Below are positions 40,619-51,254 of a DNA stretch of 64,000 bases, one piece after another. The stretch is from a virus. A model generated the notes under the pieces. The model was not told the origin of the DNA. It saw only the letters and a list, made by a program, of their open reading frames with translations, and made no database searches. A program made the position numbers and the translations under genes. The DNA is taken from positions 1 through 64,000 of IMG/VR virus record IMGVR_UViG_3300030085_004215, one strand, 5' to 3'. The stretch's first letter is position 1, and each line of letters starts with the position of its first letter.

Positions 40619-42703
40619 TCACTTTTCCAAGAACTTTTTGTTCATTGTTTTAGCAACTTGTAAAACATTTTGAACATCAATATATTGAGCATCATTACCA
40701 TACATTTTCTTAAAGTTTGATTTCTCGCTATCAGAACTGTAGCTTGAATCACTAACAAAGTAAGATAAAACCTTAACACCCATTTTACGAATAGCTTTAA
40801 CTTGTTTGTTAGTATGAATTAATGCCTGGCCATGATTGTAACTAATTTCATTGTTATTAAACATTGGCATTCCATCTGAAAAATTTAAGAAGTATGAATC
40901 ACGATTTCTTGATGTAGGAACAATATCTTTCAGTATTGCTTCAAAACATAAACCTTCTGGTGTTGTTCCGCCAGGGTGAATATTTTTAAACATATTTCTA
41001 ACTTTCATAAAACTATCAGTACGAGAATCATAACCAATTAAAATTAAAGGAAGCGTATCTGAATTTCTACCATAACTACGATTTGTATTGTGAGTACTTC
41101 TAAAACTAACAACCACATCCACATTTGAAATCATGTCAACTGCCTTACAAATAGCAACAACTGATACCATTGTATTGAACCATTTATCCCCACCCATAGA
41201 ACCACTAGCATCAACTGAGATATGTAAGAACGCATCTGAATAAGATTCAACAAATGTTTGTTGAAAAACTCTATCATTACCAAAACCTAATTCAGCAATT
41301 AATCTCTTATCAATACGACCAGAATCTAATCTGTTCCATTTTAAATCACGAGATTCTCCACGAACTTGTAACTTACGACCTAACTTACTACCAAGTTTAA
41401 CACCCTTAATAATAGCATCTTCATAACCTCTTGTCCAAGTAGTTAGTACTGATGGGAACATATTTTCATCAATCATAGTTTGAGTAAGTTTTTTTACATA
41501 GATACAAGCAACACCTTTACCTGCAACATATCTACCTTGTTTATTATCCCAAACTTCACCAACACCCTCACCTGTATTAACTTTTTCAACACCAGCTTCT
41601 TCCATAGTTTTAACAATTTGATTATCTTTTTTAGTGAGAGTACCTTGTTTTTTAGTATCACCATTTACAAAATCTTTTTGTTTTGAAAATTGTTTACTAA
41701 GTTGTCTTTTTTGATTATTAGTAAGTTCTTCAACCTTACCTGGAATTTGTTCACCATCTTCATTACCACCCTCAGAACCTTCACCAGAACCCTCAAGTTG
41801 TGGATTATCACCAGTAACAGGTTGATTTTTTGTATCACCGAATTCATCAGTAACCTCTTTACCATCAGCCAAACAATCAAGAATAAGTTTGTATACTTGA
41901 GTTGCAACTTTATATGCTTCTTCAGTAGAATTCATTTTCTTGATATTACTAAAAATTAGTCTGTATATTTTATCAAGACCAGGTAGTACATCTAATCTAC
42001 GATTTTCATTAGTTAGATTTAAGATTCTGAAAATGTATGAATCCCAATCTAAATCAGTATACTCATTTGTTTTAAGTGCTTTATCAACAACTTTAGAGTG
42101 AAAATACTTATCATACATTGAATGATAATAACCTTTATAACCAGGTGAATTTGAGAACACATAATAATCAATTCTTCTATCTTCTACATAGTTCAATAAA
42201 TTTTTAAGATGTCCAAGAATATCAAATCTATCAAAACCTTTCTTCTCACCTAATACAAAAAGTTCTTCAGGTGTATTTTGTTCAAGATTTCTTAAGAAAT
42301 CAAAATCTGAAAGTTTAATATGAGAACCCTCATGAAGTGCTAACCCAACAACTGGGTCAAAGTTTTTCTCATCAATCTTGGAACCTATAACAACTGTTTT
42401 ACCATCTGTATATGAATCACCACGAGTTTGAAATTTAACATTTATATCAGAACGACTTGTTACAATAGTAACAAAGTTAGATATTGCTCTACGATAAGAT
42501 GCCAATTGTACATGGTCAGCACCTTTCTTGACTGGTTCATCATCAATGAACTCACTTCTACGAGTATCCCACTCAGTATCAGCCCAAAAAGAACTGAAAG
42601 GGTTTGTATTTTTAGATAGGTTTTTAGCACTATATTTTTCACGAAGTGCCATTGGGTTAAAATGTTTTAGTTTTGAATCCATTATTTTTTCCTTATTTTT
42701 CAT
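40619..42703 (-). CDS. CobT-like protein: N-terminal metallopeptidase-like domain plus C-terminal VWA domain
   Basis: HEGSH and NYVEDRRI; SGRID; MIDAS DASGSM, GTTPE, FSDG. Likely partner of the AAA+ ATPase. The SD-led start is probably the second Met. Confidence 0.8.
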   Translation of the reverse strand: MKNKEKIMDSKLKHFNPMALREKYSAKNLSKNTNPFSSFWADTEWDTRRSEFIDDEPVKKGADHVQLASYRRAISNFVTIVTSRSDINVKFQTRGDSYTDGKTVVIGSKIDEKNFDPVVGLALHEGSHIKLSDFDFLRNLEQNTPEELFVLGEKKGFDRFDILGHLKNLLNYVEDRRIDYYVFSNSPGYKGYYHSMYDKYFHSKVVDKALKTNEYTDLDWDSYIFRILNLTNENRRLDVLPGLDKIYRLIFSNIKKMNSTEEAYKVATQVYKLILDCLADGKEVTDEFGDTKNQPVTGDNPQLEGSGEGSEGGNEDGEQIPGKVEELTNNQKRQLSKQFSKQKDFVNGDTKKQGTLTKKDNQIVKTMEEAGVEKVNTGEGVGEVWDNKQGRYVAGKGVACIYVKKLTQTMIDENMFPSVLTTWTRGYEDAIIKGVKLGSKLGRKLQVRGESRDLKWNRLDSGRIDKRLIAELGFGNDRVFQQTFVESYSDAFLHISVDASGSMGGDKWFNTMVSVVAICKAVDMISNVDVVVSFRSTHNTNRSYGRNSDTLPLILIGYDSRTDSFMKVRNMFKNIHPGGTTPEGLCFEAILKDIVPTSRNRDSYFLNFSDGMPMFNNNEISYNHGQALIHTNKQVKAIRKMGVKVLSYFVSDSSYSSDSEKSNFKKMYGNDAQYIDVQNVLQVAKTMNKKFLEK

Positions 42704-42756
42704 ACCTTAATATACGGCTTTTTTTATATATAAGTCAAGTGTTTTTTTTACTTTTT

Positions 42757-43281
42757 TTAATTTATTTTTTGTACCCATTTTCGTAATCTCTTTGGTAACA
42801 TCTGTTGGTCGGTAATCATATTGGTAAGTTGATTCTTCATAACCATAGATATCTTATCATCTAAATACAACTCTTTACAATAATCTAATGTTGGCTGATA
42901 TCCCCAATCATTATAATACTGTTTAACCATTGATTCAGATTCACTCATGCTAAGGTAATTGACAGTTGGTGTTTTCCACACAACCTTTCGTTTAGGTTTG
43001 GGGTTGTTCTTACTTTCCTCATATTGTTTCAACCACCTGTCCCAACTTTTATCGGAAACAATTCCTTTTGCAACTCTACCACTACCCGTAGAACGCCTAT
43101 CCATTCTTTGTAAATTCTTTTTAGTATCTGATTTGACTGGTTGAACATAACCACCTGTTTTATGTGGGTAAACTTGATGTGCAGAATATTTCTCTGTTTC
43201 AGAACATTCTATACATTCAGTATATCCAAGATGGATTCGGTGGGTATCCATCTCAATTCCACATTTTTTACATTCATTCAT
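42757..43281 (-). CDS. Zinc-finger-containing hypothetical protein, probably leaderless
   Basis: CKKC...CIEC; the ATG at 43281 sits at the predicted start site of the promoter at 43288-43317. Confidence 0.55.
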   Translation of the reverse strand: MNECKKCGIEMDTHRIHLGYTECIECSETEKYSAHQVYPHKTGGYVQPVKSDTKKNLQRMDRRSTGSGRVAKGIVSDKSWDRWLKQYEESKNNPKPKRKVVWKTPTVNYLSMSESESMVKQYYNDWGYQPTLDYCKELYLDDKISMVMKNQLTNMITDQQMLPKRLRKWVQKIN

Positions 43282-43320
43282 ACTTGCAATATAAGTATAA
43301 AATATAATACAAGTCAAGTA

Positions 43321-43878
43321 TTATTTTGTATAATCGTAAATAATAAAATCTTTTTCAAATAGATTATAAACAAGTTCATATGTTTTATCTGTATAATACT
43401 TTTGATATGGTTCATGTCTCGATAAATTCCACATTGGTAATTGATATTTATCTATATTAATCTTTTCACAAAACAAATCAAAACTATCTTGTAGGGATTC
43501 GTAACGACCTATCAAATCAATTTTTTCATTTAAATATTCAGATTGTAGTTTTGTTAAATTAGAATCTAACCCTTCATATAACCAAGTGGTAAAATCCATT
43601 TTCTGTGCAGTTGCTTTAAATTGATATTGTGGAGATTTGTGAAAGTGATAATAACTAACCATCCTATCATATGGATTTCTTACTACTGCAAATTTAAAAA
43701 ACGAATTCCAAACACTATCACGGCAATATCGTTTTATTACATTGCAACTATCGTGAGGATATCTTTTTCGGACTACCTTTTTATCATATCCTTGTGTATC
43801 AAAAGAATTACGAATACTCGTTCCAGCATTTTTTGGTATATGAATAAATATAAATTTATACTCGTGATTTATAAACAT
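43321..43878 (-). CDS. Sulfotransferase family 2 protein
   Basis: FIHIPKNAGTS (5'-PSB), VRNPYDRMVSYY (3'-PB), GRYESL. Confidence 0.85.
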   Translation of the reverse strand: MFINHEYKFIFIHIPKNAGTSIRNSFDTQGYDKKVVRKRYPHDSCNVIKRYCRDSVWNSFFKFAVVRNPYDRMVSYYHFHKSPQYQFKATAQKMDFTTWLYEGLDSNLTKLQSEYLNEKIDLIGRYESLQDSFDLFCEKINIDKYQLPMWNLSRHEPYQKYYTDKTYELVYNLFEKDFIIYDYTK

Positions 43879-44100
43879 TAATTTAAATCAGGTTTTACTT
43901 CGTAATCATCCAACACCCTAAATGTTAATATAACCTTTTCATCTTCCCATGGCTCATAACTTTCCAACAAACAATTATCAGTAGTCATTTTCTCTACTAC
44001 TTTTTTTTGCTGAGATTCCTTATGACAGATAATATAAATTAAATCACCATCTGTCCTAACCATTACACTATTATCAGGTTTATTATATATTACATCATCT

Positions 44101-44796
44101 TTAAGTTTCATTTAATTTATCAAGAACTAATGTTTTAAATTCAACAATACCTTTACTTACATTTTCATCCCAATCAGTACCCGCATCTCCATCTGCACCA
44201 TCTGATATATACTTAAAAGATATAAAAGGAATATCATATAAATAACAAACCTTTGCTAAAGCATATGCTTCCATATCTACAACCTCACCATAATAATTAG
44301 TCTTATCCTCTACAAAACTATCTCCACTACCACAAGTTGCATTTTTACCTATAGGATTGAACTCTATATGTTGTGGTTGAATAATAACTGGTGGGTCTTG
44401 TTCGAATGGAGTTTCACCTTTTAAAAATCCAAGACCAGTAACATCCATATCTCTCTGTACAAACTTTGTACAATCCACTAACTCACCTTGTTTATATTTA
44501 CGACTTCCAGCAGTTCCATAGTTGATTACTAAATCGTATGGAATATAACTACCAAACTTACCAAACTTCTGTGTAAGTGCAAATGTGGCATTGACCTTAC
44601 CAACACCAGTATATAATATATTATATGGTTCTAATTGTCCTTGTGTTTCTACTTCAAGTGCAGATACAAAAAGAATGTTTTCTATTTTACCCATAAGTTT
44701 AGTATTACCCTTTATATGTTTAGGTTCGTATGGACACATCAAACATCCGTGTCCACAACAATAACCTCGTTCTGTTAAAAACTCTCGTGATAACAT
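44101..44796 (-). CDS. MTA/SAH nucleosidase-like protein with N-terminal Cys-rich (DUF5522-like) segment
   Basis: TGVGKVNA, INYGTAG, GSGDSF, VDMEAYA, KYISDGAD; N-terminal RGYCCGHGCLMCPY. Confidence 0.8.
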   Translation of the reverse strand: MLSREFLTERGYCCGHGCLMCPYEPKHIKGNTKLMGKIENILFVSALEVETQGQLEPYNILYTGVGKVNATFALTQKFGKFGSYIPYDLVINYGTAGSRKYKQGELVDCTKFVQRDMDVTGLGFLKGETPFEQDPPVIIQPQHIEFNPIGKNATCGSGDSFVEDKTNYYGEVVDMEAYALAKVCYLYDIPFISFKYISDGADGDAGTDWDENVSKGIVEFKTLVLDKLNET

Positions 44797-45296
44797 TAGT
44801 CATATTTTAATACTGATTTTACTTTATCACTATTCAAAAAACTTAAATTGATTAAATAGACTTCATCCACTACATCGTATCCAGCTTCTTGACATAATTC
44901 TCGTGTGGCTTTTGCAGTACCACCTGTCGCATATACATCATCCACAATTACTACCGAACCCTCACCAGGTTTAATCTCTAATGTATCAGTACCATATTCT
45001 AATTCATAATCTTTACTGATTACTGGTGGTGGAAGTTTACCTTTTTTCCTAACTGGTACAAAACCTACTCCCATTCTCTTTGCAAGATAGGCACCAAATA
45101 TAAACCCTCTTGCTTCACATCCTACAATGTAAGTTGGATTATGTTCTAATAATCCCCTCATGAGTAAAGTGGAATGATTGAGTGCATTTGCATTTGCCAA
45201 TAGTGGGGTAATATCTTTAAATGTAACACCTTCTTTTGGCCAATCTGGCACATCTATTATATAATCGTTTAAGTTCATGTTATTCTCCAATGACAT
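44796..45296 (-). CDS. apt: Adenine phosphoribosyltransferase
   Basis: PDWPKEGVTFKDITPLL, EARGFIFG, VRKKGKLP, YELEYG, VVIVDDVYATGGT. Confidence 0.93.
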   Translation of the reverse strand: MSLENNMNLNDYIIDVPDWPKEGVTFKDITPLLANANALNHSTLLMRGLLEHNPTYIVGCEARGFIFGAYLAKRMGVGFVPVRKKGKLPPPVISKDYELEYGTDTLEIKPGEGSVVIVDDVYATGGTAKATRELCQEAGYDVVDEVYLINLSFLNSDKVKSVLKYD

Positions 45297-45639
45297 TAGT
45301 TACCTGTATTAATATAATTGATAATGCTAACAATAAACATATGATGGTTTTAACCGTAGGAATCTCTCGTAAAAATAAATAGGACATAATACCAAAAACA
45401 ACTGTTCCTATACCAAATCCTATCATTCTAATATTCCAAGTAAATCCAAAATATTCATAACTTAATCGTGTTGCTAAAAAAAATAAATAACCTATTGGTA
45501 TACCGAATATGGCCATCCACTCTGGTGAACTCCAAAACCAATGACCCTTAAATCTATTAGTGAACTGAGCATTTAGTTGCCACCATGCGAATATGTTACT
45601 AATAAATAATAGTGCAATTGCACTAACTAATTTATTCAC
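45280..45639 (-). CDS. Small multi-pass membrane protein
   Basis: About four hydrophobic helices. Confidence 0.55.
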   Translation of the reverse strand: MNKLVSAIALLFISNIFAWWQLNAQFTNRFKGHWFWSSPEWMAIFGIPIGYLFFLATRLSYEYFGFTWNIRMIGFGIGTVVFGIMSYLFLREIPTVKTIICLLLALSIILIQVTNVIGE

Positions 45640-45856
45640 TTAATACTCTTCTCCATAAAGTGAGTACTTCTTAATAGTAGGTGGTTTCTCTTTACCATCC
45701 TCTACATGAACTTCACCCTTTTGTGCATCAATATAGAATTCAGTCATTTGAGTTTCCATAAAGATAGCATTTAAAACTTCAGTAAGTGATGCATAAATTT
45801 TATCATCACCACCACTAACAATACTCCACCTATCACCAGGTGGTACACGAGTTGCT

Positions 45857-46102
45857 TTAAGTTCCTTCATTTATAAGTTCCTTTTTTGGATATTCCATGA
45901 AAAAGTATTTATCCAATATTTCTAACTTATCATCATATTCAGCCATAATCTCTAACTCTTTTTCTATCGTTTCCATAATATCAGGATGTTCAGCAACACC
46001 TACAGTATTCTGTAATAAGTTCTCTACATTGATTCGATGTTTTTCAATATGTGCTTTAAAATGCAATCTACTTGCTTTTAATATTTGTTTTCTTATTGCC
46101 AT
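45857..46102 (-). CDS. Hypothetical phage protein
   Basis: 81-aa ORF in a coupled operon (VGVAEHPDI motif). Confidence 0.55.
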   Translation of the reverse strand: MAIRKQILKASRLHFKAHIEKHRINVENLLQNTVGVAEHPDIMETIEKELEIMAEYDDKLEILDKYFFMEYPKKELINEGT

Positions 46103-46584
46103 TGTTTTGTTCCTTTAAAATTAAGTTTTCGTTTCTTCTTAAGATGAACCTCTGAGTTAGTTTTTTTTCTATGACAAGGTTTACATAATGTCTGTAGATT
46201 CTCTAACTTATAATAACTCCAATCTAAATCTTTTGCCTTTACTCCCTTTTGTTCTACTAATGGTCTGATATGGTCACAATCCCATCTTCTTGTTATCACA
46301 CCACAATGATTACATTTCCCTCTATCTCGTTTTCTCAAATGTGCTCTTTGTTCTCTTGAATGATATATTATCATATACTCCGTAGCACAATCTTCATGCC
46401 AACTCTTTCTCTCATTGATGGTTCCATCTTCTTTGATAATCATCTTACCACACCATCTACACATTCCTTTTATTTTCGTATAATAACTATCAGGTTTTGG
46501 TGGTTTTCTAAAATCACCATCCCACTCCTCTTTTTCTTTTCCAAATGTTCTCTCGTGTCTCCTACCAAATCTACTTAATGGCAT
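46093..46584 (-). CDS. HNH endonuclease
   Basis: RDRGKCNHCG...DHIRP...NLQTLCKPCHRKKT. Confidence 0.85.
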   Translation of the reverse strand: MPLSRFGRRHERTFGKEKEEWDGDFRKPPKPDSYYTKIKGMCRWCGKMIIKEDGTINERKSWHEDCATEYMIIYHSREQRAHLRKRDRGKCNHCGVITRRWDCDHIRPLVEQKGVKAKDLDWSYYKLENLQTLCKPCHRKKTNSEVHLKKKRKLNFKGTKQWQ

Positions 46585-46822
46585 TCAAACCTCTTCTCCA
46601 TCTGAATCATCCCAATAATTATTGAATGGGTCATTAATCTTAGTTTCCCAAATATCATCAGCACATTCCAACCCATCTTCATCTATACCAATATTGAAAT
46701 ATTCCCAAACATATCTCTGTAAATCTTTTGGTTGTATGTATAACCCATTTGTATTTCTTGGTCTTGTTTTCCTAAAGTTATCTTGGTCTCTACAAATTCG
46801 TTTAAATAAATATTCACCTAAC

Positions 46823-47407
46823 TTATTTACCATTAATAATATTCATTGCCTCTTCTATACCATTTACCCTATTTGGGGTCTCGATATCTTGATTCCATGC
46901 TTGATTAATCAACATATAACCCTTATCATCTTTTCTATTCTTTTTCCAAAAATGATAGTTTGCAGGTGAATCATCAATTAAAAAATCACATTGTACAGTC
47001 CACTTAAATCTCCCTCTTCTAAAATAAACTGTTTCAAAGTTCAATCCCCTATCACCTAACCATTTCAATGTCCAATACCTACATATTGGTGCCTGAGATG
47101 TAATACAAACAAACTTATGTTCTCCTAATTCTATTTGTTCTCTAAGATAATCCACCTCTGATTTAAATTCAGTTCCATTACCCAAGATAGTTTCGGCGTG
47201 CTCTTCTCGGTATATCTTTTGTATCTCTTCATTAGTACCTTGATAACAATGTTCTAAATCCCAATGAACTGAGGTTTCCTCAACGGAGTAAACTCCATCA
47301 GAACCTTTGCGTATAAATTTGGGGTAATTCTTTTCTATAACTTTGTAGAGGTCTAATGAGAAATCTCTCAATACTCCATCTACATCTACACCTATTATGT
47401 ATGACAT
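46823..47407 (-). CDS. HAD-family 5'(3')-deoxyribonucleotidase-like protein
   Basis: IGVDVDGVLRDF, ITS, LIDDSP, WN motifs. Confidence 0.8.
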   Translation of the reverse strand: MSYIIGVDVDGVLRDFSLDLYKVIEKNYPKFIRKGSDGVYSVEETSVHWDLEHCYQGTNEEIQKIYREEHAETILGNGTEFKSEVDYLREQIELGEHKFVCITSQAPICRYWTLKWLGDRGLNFETVYFRRGRFKWTVQCDFLIDDSPANYHFWKKNRKDDKGYMLINQAWNQDIETPNRVNGIEEAMNIINGK

Positions 47408-47550
47408 ATTATTTTCTCTTGAAATAGTTTAACATCCAAATCCAATAGATAACACCTACCAGTAATATTAGTATCTCTCCCATGATGATTCATACAAACC
47501 ATCATAACACTCAAGTATAAATATCGGATAAAAGTGCGAAACTTAATTAT

Positions 47551-49074
47551 TTATAAAACTTTAATTCCATATCGTTTTTCAAATCCAATACCATCATTAT
47601 GGGTATTCACAATTGGCATACCCTTTATATTAAGTGAGGTATTGAGTAACATCGGGCAACCTGTCTTCTTGTAAAATTCATTAATGAGATTATAAAAGTT
47701 CGGGTTATCATCCTTACTAACAGTCTGTACTCGTGATGTGTTATCAACATGACATATAGCAGGATATAAATCAGGTTGTTTACATTTAGCAACGAACTGC
47801 ATATACTGAGACTTCCTAACTGGCATATCGAATATTTCGTGTGCGTGTTCCTCAAGTACTGCAGGTGCAAAAGGTCTGAACTCCTGTCGTTTCTTAATCT
47901 TATTAACTCTATCTTTGATATCATCACCACGCGGGTCTGCCAACAAAGAACGATTACCTAACGCTCGAGGACCAAACTCCGCTCGACCACTCGCCACACC
48001 AACGATATCACCTTTAAGAAGCTTTTTCAAAGTTTGCTTAATTGGATATTCTCCTTGTATATCATAACCCAAGAAAGTATTCTTCCAATCGAGATGTTTA
48101 CCCAATACATATGCAGCACATCCCAACGATGAACCACCATCACCGGGATTTGGAATAATCCATATATTGGGATATCTTCTCGCCAATAAGGAATTCGCTA
48201 CACAATTTAATGCAACTCCACCACCATATACAAAGTTATCTATATTGGGTAACATGGATTGTGCTAACTCAAATACTTTAAGTATCTCTTCTTCACATAT
48301 TGCTTGTACATTTGCTGCTATATCAAACTTCCACTTATCACTTCCATCATCTGGATAACACTTAGGATTCCAATCCATACATCCTCGGTGTAGGTTTTGT
48401 TTAAACTCTACAATACCCTCATTGAAGAATTCATCGCGTATCTCTTTTTGTAATGTGGTATCTAATGTTCCCCATCCTGCCATACCCATAAGTATGTATT
48501 CATCTTCTTGAGGTTTTAAACCCAACCTCTGTGTCATAGCACTATACCATAACCCTAATGAATGTGGATATTGACGATTCCACAACTTTTTAAATTGGGT
48601 TTCCCCATTGTGGTTTGTTCTGATATGCCATATAGTGGTGGTATCCCATTCTCCTATTGCATCAATCATCACACCAATACTCTCTCTATAGGGAGAGGTA
48701 AAATATGCTGCACTCGCGTGTGATAAATGATGAGATATGTAATGGTTGGGTTTAAGATTAAATTGTTTTAAATACTTACTTGGTAGGTTCTGAAGAGTAA
48801 AGGTATCTTGAGTTTGACCTGCCCATAGTTGTCGTGATTTCTTTAACCAAGGCTGTTCAAACCACACGACTGTATCCCAATCCCCATAACGGCGTAATTG
48901 AGATAGTAGTTGTGGATTTAATAACTCATCATTTTTTATTTCTGAGTTTCGTTCACTATGGCCTGCAAACCTTATATCGGTATCGTGTATAAGTGCAGCA
49001 GTAGCATCATGATTTAAACCAGTTAATCCAAGTATTCTTTTGTTTTGATTGGGTTTGGTTATGTAACATTTCAT
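47551..49074 (-). CDS. Carbamoyltransferase (NodU/CmcH family)
   Basis: HDATAA, HHLSHA, DAIGE, EYILMGMA, GGVALNC, GDGGSSLG, EFGPRALGNRSLL, FRPFAP, HVDNTSRVQTV, LNTSLN. Confidence 0.93.
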   Translation of the reverse strand: MKCYITKPNQNKRILGLTGLNHDATAALIHDTDIRFAGHSERNSEIKNDELLNPQLLSQLRRYGDWDTVVWFEQPWLKKSRQLWAGQTQDTFTLQNLPSKYLKQFNLKPNHYISHHLSHASAAYFTSPYRESIGVMIDAIGEWDTTTIWHIRTNHNGETQFKKLWNRQYPHSLGLWYSAMTQRLGLKPQEDEYILMGMAGWGTLDTTLQKEIRDEFFNEGIVEFKQNLHRGCMDWNPKCYPDDGSDKWKFDIAANVQAICEEEILKVFELAQSMLPNIDNFVYGGGVALNCVANSLLARRYPNIWIIPNPGDGGSSLGCAAYVLGKHLDWKNTFLGYDIQGEYPIKQTLKKLLKGDIVGVASGRAEFGPRALGNRSLLADPRGDDIKDRVNKIKKRQEFRPFAPAVLEEHAHEIFDMPVRKSQYMQFVAKCKQPDLYPAICHVDNTSRVQTVSKDDNPNFYNLINEFYKKTGCPMLLNTSLNIKGMPIVNTHNDGIGFEKRYGIKVL

Positions 49075-49570
49075 ATTAATATATATTAAGTTACATGAGG
49101 AAAATGTAATATTTTTTTACCTCGAAAGCGAGGTAAAAATAAAAGTGTTAATACTATGTTTACCTCATAGGTAGGGGGTGATAATAACTCGCTTAGGTAA
49201 AAAAAGCCACGCCAATATAAGCACGAGTTTGGCATTCTGACATATTGTCATACATTCACCGATTCACGATTAATAGCCCGGCGTGGCCATGTTCGGGTGT
49301 TGGGGTCATACCTGAACTACCTGATTGACCTAATGTTACACTTTTATTTTTTACTAACCCGTATTTCGTCATAACTGACTTTTTGTCATGATTGGTATTT
49401 TATTTTTTGTAAGGGTGACGAACTCCAAATCTGGAGTCACTTAAAGTATTACTTGAAGCCCACAGTTAAAGTAGTACTTGAGGTCTGACAATGTGTCATT
49501 ATATTTAATGTGGTTGGGTAAGTAATCCAAGTCAATTTCCCCAAAATGGACAAATAATAATAGACATAGC
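49075..49570. repeat. Non-coding junction with palindromic and direct repeats
   Basis: TGAC-N5-GTCA three times (49238, 49376, 49486), TTAAAGTA(T/G)TACTTGA twice (49441, 49466), hairpin at 49114-49139. Confidence 0.6.
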
Positions 49571-49619
49571 CACCTTAATTTACGAAAAAAATACTATACG
49601 AGTCAAGTGTTTTTTTTAA

Positions 49620-50288
49620 TTATTCTAAAGTTTTTTGAAATTCTTCGAATGGTATATACTCGACTTCAAGTTCTTCTTTAACCTCTACTTCAAGTGGTAC
49701 TTTAAGTGTTTCCTGAATATTGACATTCTCGTCATTCTTTATATGGATATCACGAGGTATGTGGTCATCAATCACACTCACTAATGGTACATCTCTGTGT
49801 CTATACCAACCTTTCATAGTGGTTTGTAGTTCATATACACAATTCAAACAAAGGACTCGTAGGTTCTCTAACTTGGTATTTAGGTGGTCTTTGTCTATAA
49901 AATCCAATAGTAAAGGGTAGGTATCATCAGTTATGTGTGTGAAATCACACGGACAATTACTACACTTTTGTTCTAAATAACCCTCTTTAAAACATTTTTT
50001 CAGTAACACGGTCTCCCTATAGGGTGAGGGATTTTCACCTTGTAATATTTTTTTTAGGTCATAAGGTGATATACGAGTACTATTCCGTTTCCTAATCCCC
50101 TTACTGGAGGGTAGTGGGTTCCATAACCCGTATTCCTTACAATATTTTTTAAAGGTAATATAACTCATATTTAGGTATTCACTGGCCATTCTCATAGATT
50201 GGGTGGACTCTATGGCCCACTTTATCTTGTTTTCGGTGGGTCTTTTACTCGGACGACCAACATTACTATTTTTTATACTAATACCCAT
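49620..50288 (-). CDS. HTH plus degenerate HNH-like protein
   Basis: N-terminal HTH-like SMRMASEYLNMSYITFKKY; CSNC...LDFIDKDHLN..LENLRVLCLNC. Confidence 0.55.
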   Translation of the reverse strand: MGISIKNSNVGRPSKRPTENKIKWAIESTQSMRMASEYLNMSYITFKKYCKEYGLWNPLPSSKGIRKRNSTRISPYDLKKILQGENPSPYRETVLLKKCFKEGYLEQKCSNCPCDFTHITDDTYPLLLDFIDKDHLNTKLENLRVLCLNCVYELQTTMKGWYRHRDVPLVSVIDDHIPRDIHIKNDENVNIQETLKVPLEVEVKEELEVEYIPFEEFQKTLE

Positions 50289-50581
50289 GATAAAAATCCT
50301 TAAAATAATACTTGACTTTTAGATATAAATGGACAATATATTTTCATATTTATATCATCTTTATTATTATACCTATCTATGATAATAACTATCCCGATAG
50401 GGTAAAAAGTGGGTAGAAGTGGTTAATAATGTATAAGAAATTCGGTACACTACCATTTTCAGAATATTTCCACGAAGTGGTCCTTCAGGAAAAGTTCATG
50501 TATTATATTTATTTATAAGTGGAAACTTCTTCAGTATCGGAACCGTATAATCTATATATTCATAATCATTAAAGGAAAAAA

Positions 50582-50914
50582 ATGGAAACAATTAAAGAAT
50601 TTATAAACGAATACTCTTGGTTATTAGTGACAGGAGTAGGGTTATTATTGTTTCAAAACACCATAACTGAGATAGTTGAGGGAATTATGATATTCTTAGG
50701 TAATGATTATAATGAGGATGATGTTGTCGAAGTGGATGGTTCTCCTGGTCGTATAGTACGAGTGGGAATGTGGAAAACCGTATTCTTTATATATCATATC
50801 GTAGATGGTAAAGTAGTAGGTGGTAGTAAATTAGTTGTCGTGAATTCTAAACTAAAGGATTTAAAAATAGAGAAACCCCTACCCAACTTGGATTTATCTA
50901 AGTATCAAAAATGA
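50582..50914 (+). CDS. Minimal MscS-like membrane protein
   Basis: TM helix followed by YNEDDVVEVDGSPGRIVRVGMWKT, resembling the MscS beta-domain. Confidence 0.5.
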   Translation: METIKEFINEYSWLLVTGVGLLLFQNTITEIVEGIMIFLGNDYNEDDVVEVDGSPGRIVRVGMWKTVFFIYHIVDGKVVGGSKLVVVNSKLKDLKIEKPLPNLDLSKYQK

Positions 50915-51254
50915 GGTCTTTCCTATACAAGATATTGTTTTATGAGATTAACTTGTTTAAACATAAGAACAAAACCCTTGATTATTTAAACTCCAGAAAA
51001 CCACTTCGTATTCGTATACAAGAATATAATCAACTCCATAATAAATAAAGATACCCCAATCCAATCAATATCAAAATCACCATTTTAAAATACTCATAAT
51101 ACTCGTCTTGTTTTGAAAATTGAACTGGTCGTTTCTTCTTCTCTACCTTATCCCAATCACCTAATCTACCCATAAAACCACCACATTGCAATTATCCAAC
51201 CTAATGGTATACCTATTGAGATACCCATTAAAATATACTCTATTCCATTATCAT

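Noticed and set aside
49114-49139. Hairpin as an intrinsic terminator
   Set aside because: It is followed by A-runs rather than U-runs on both strands.
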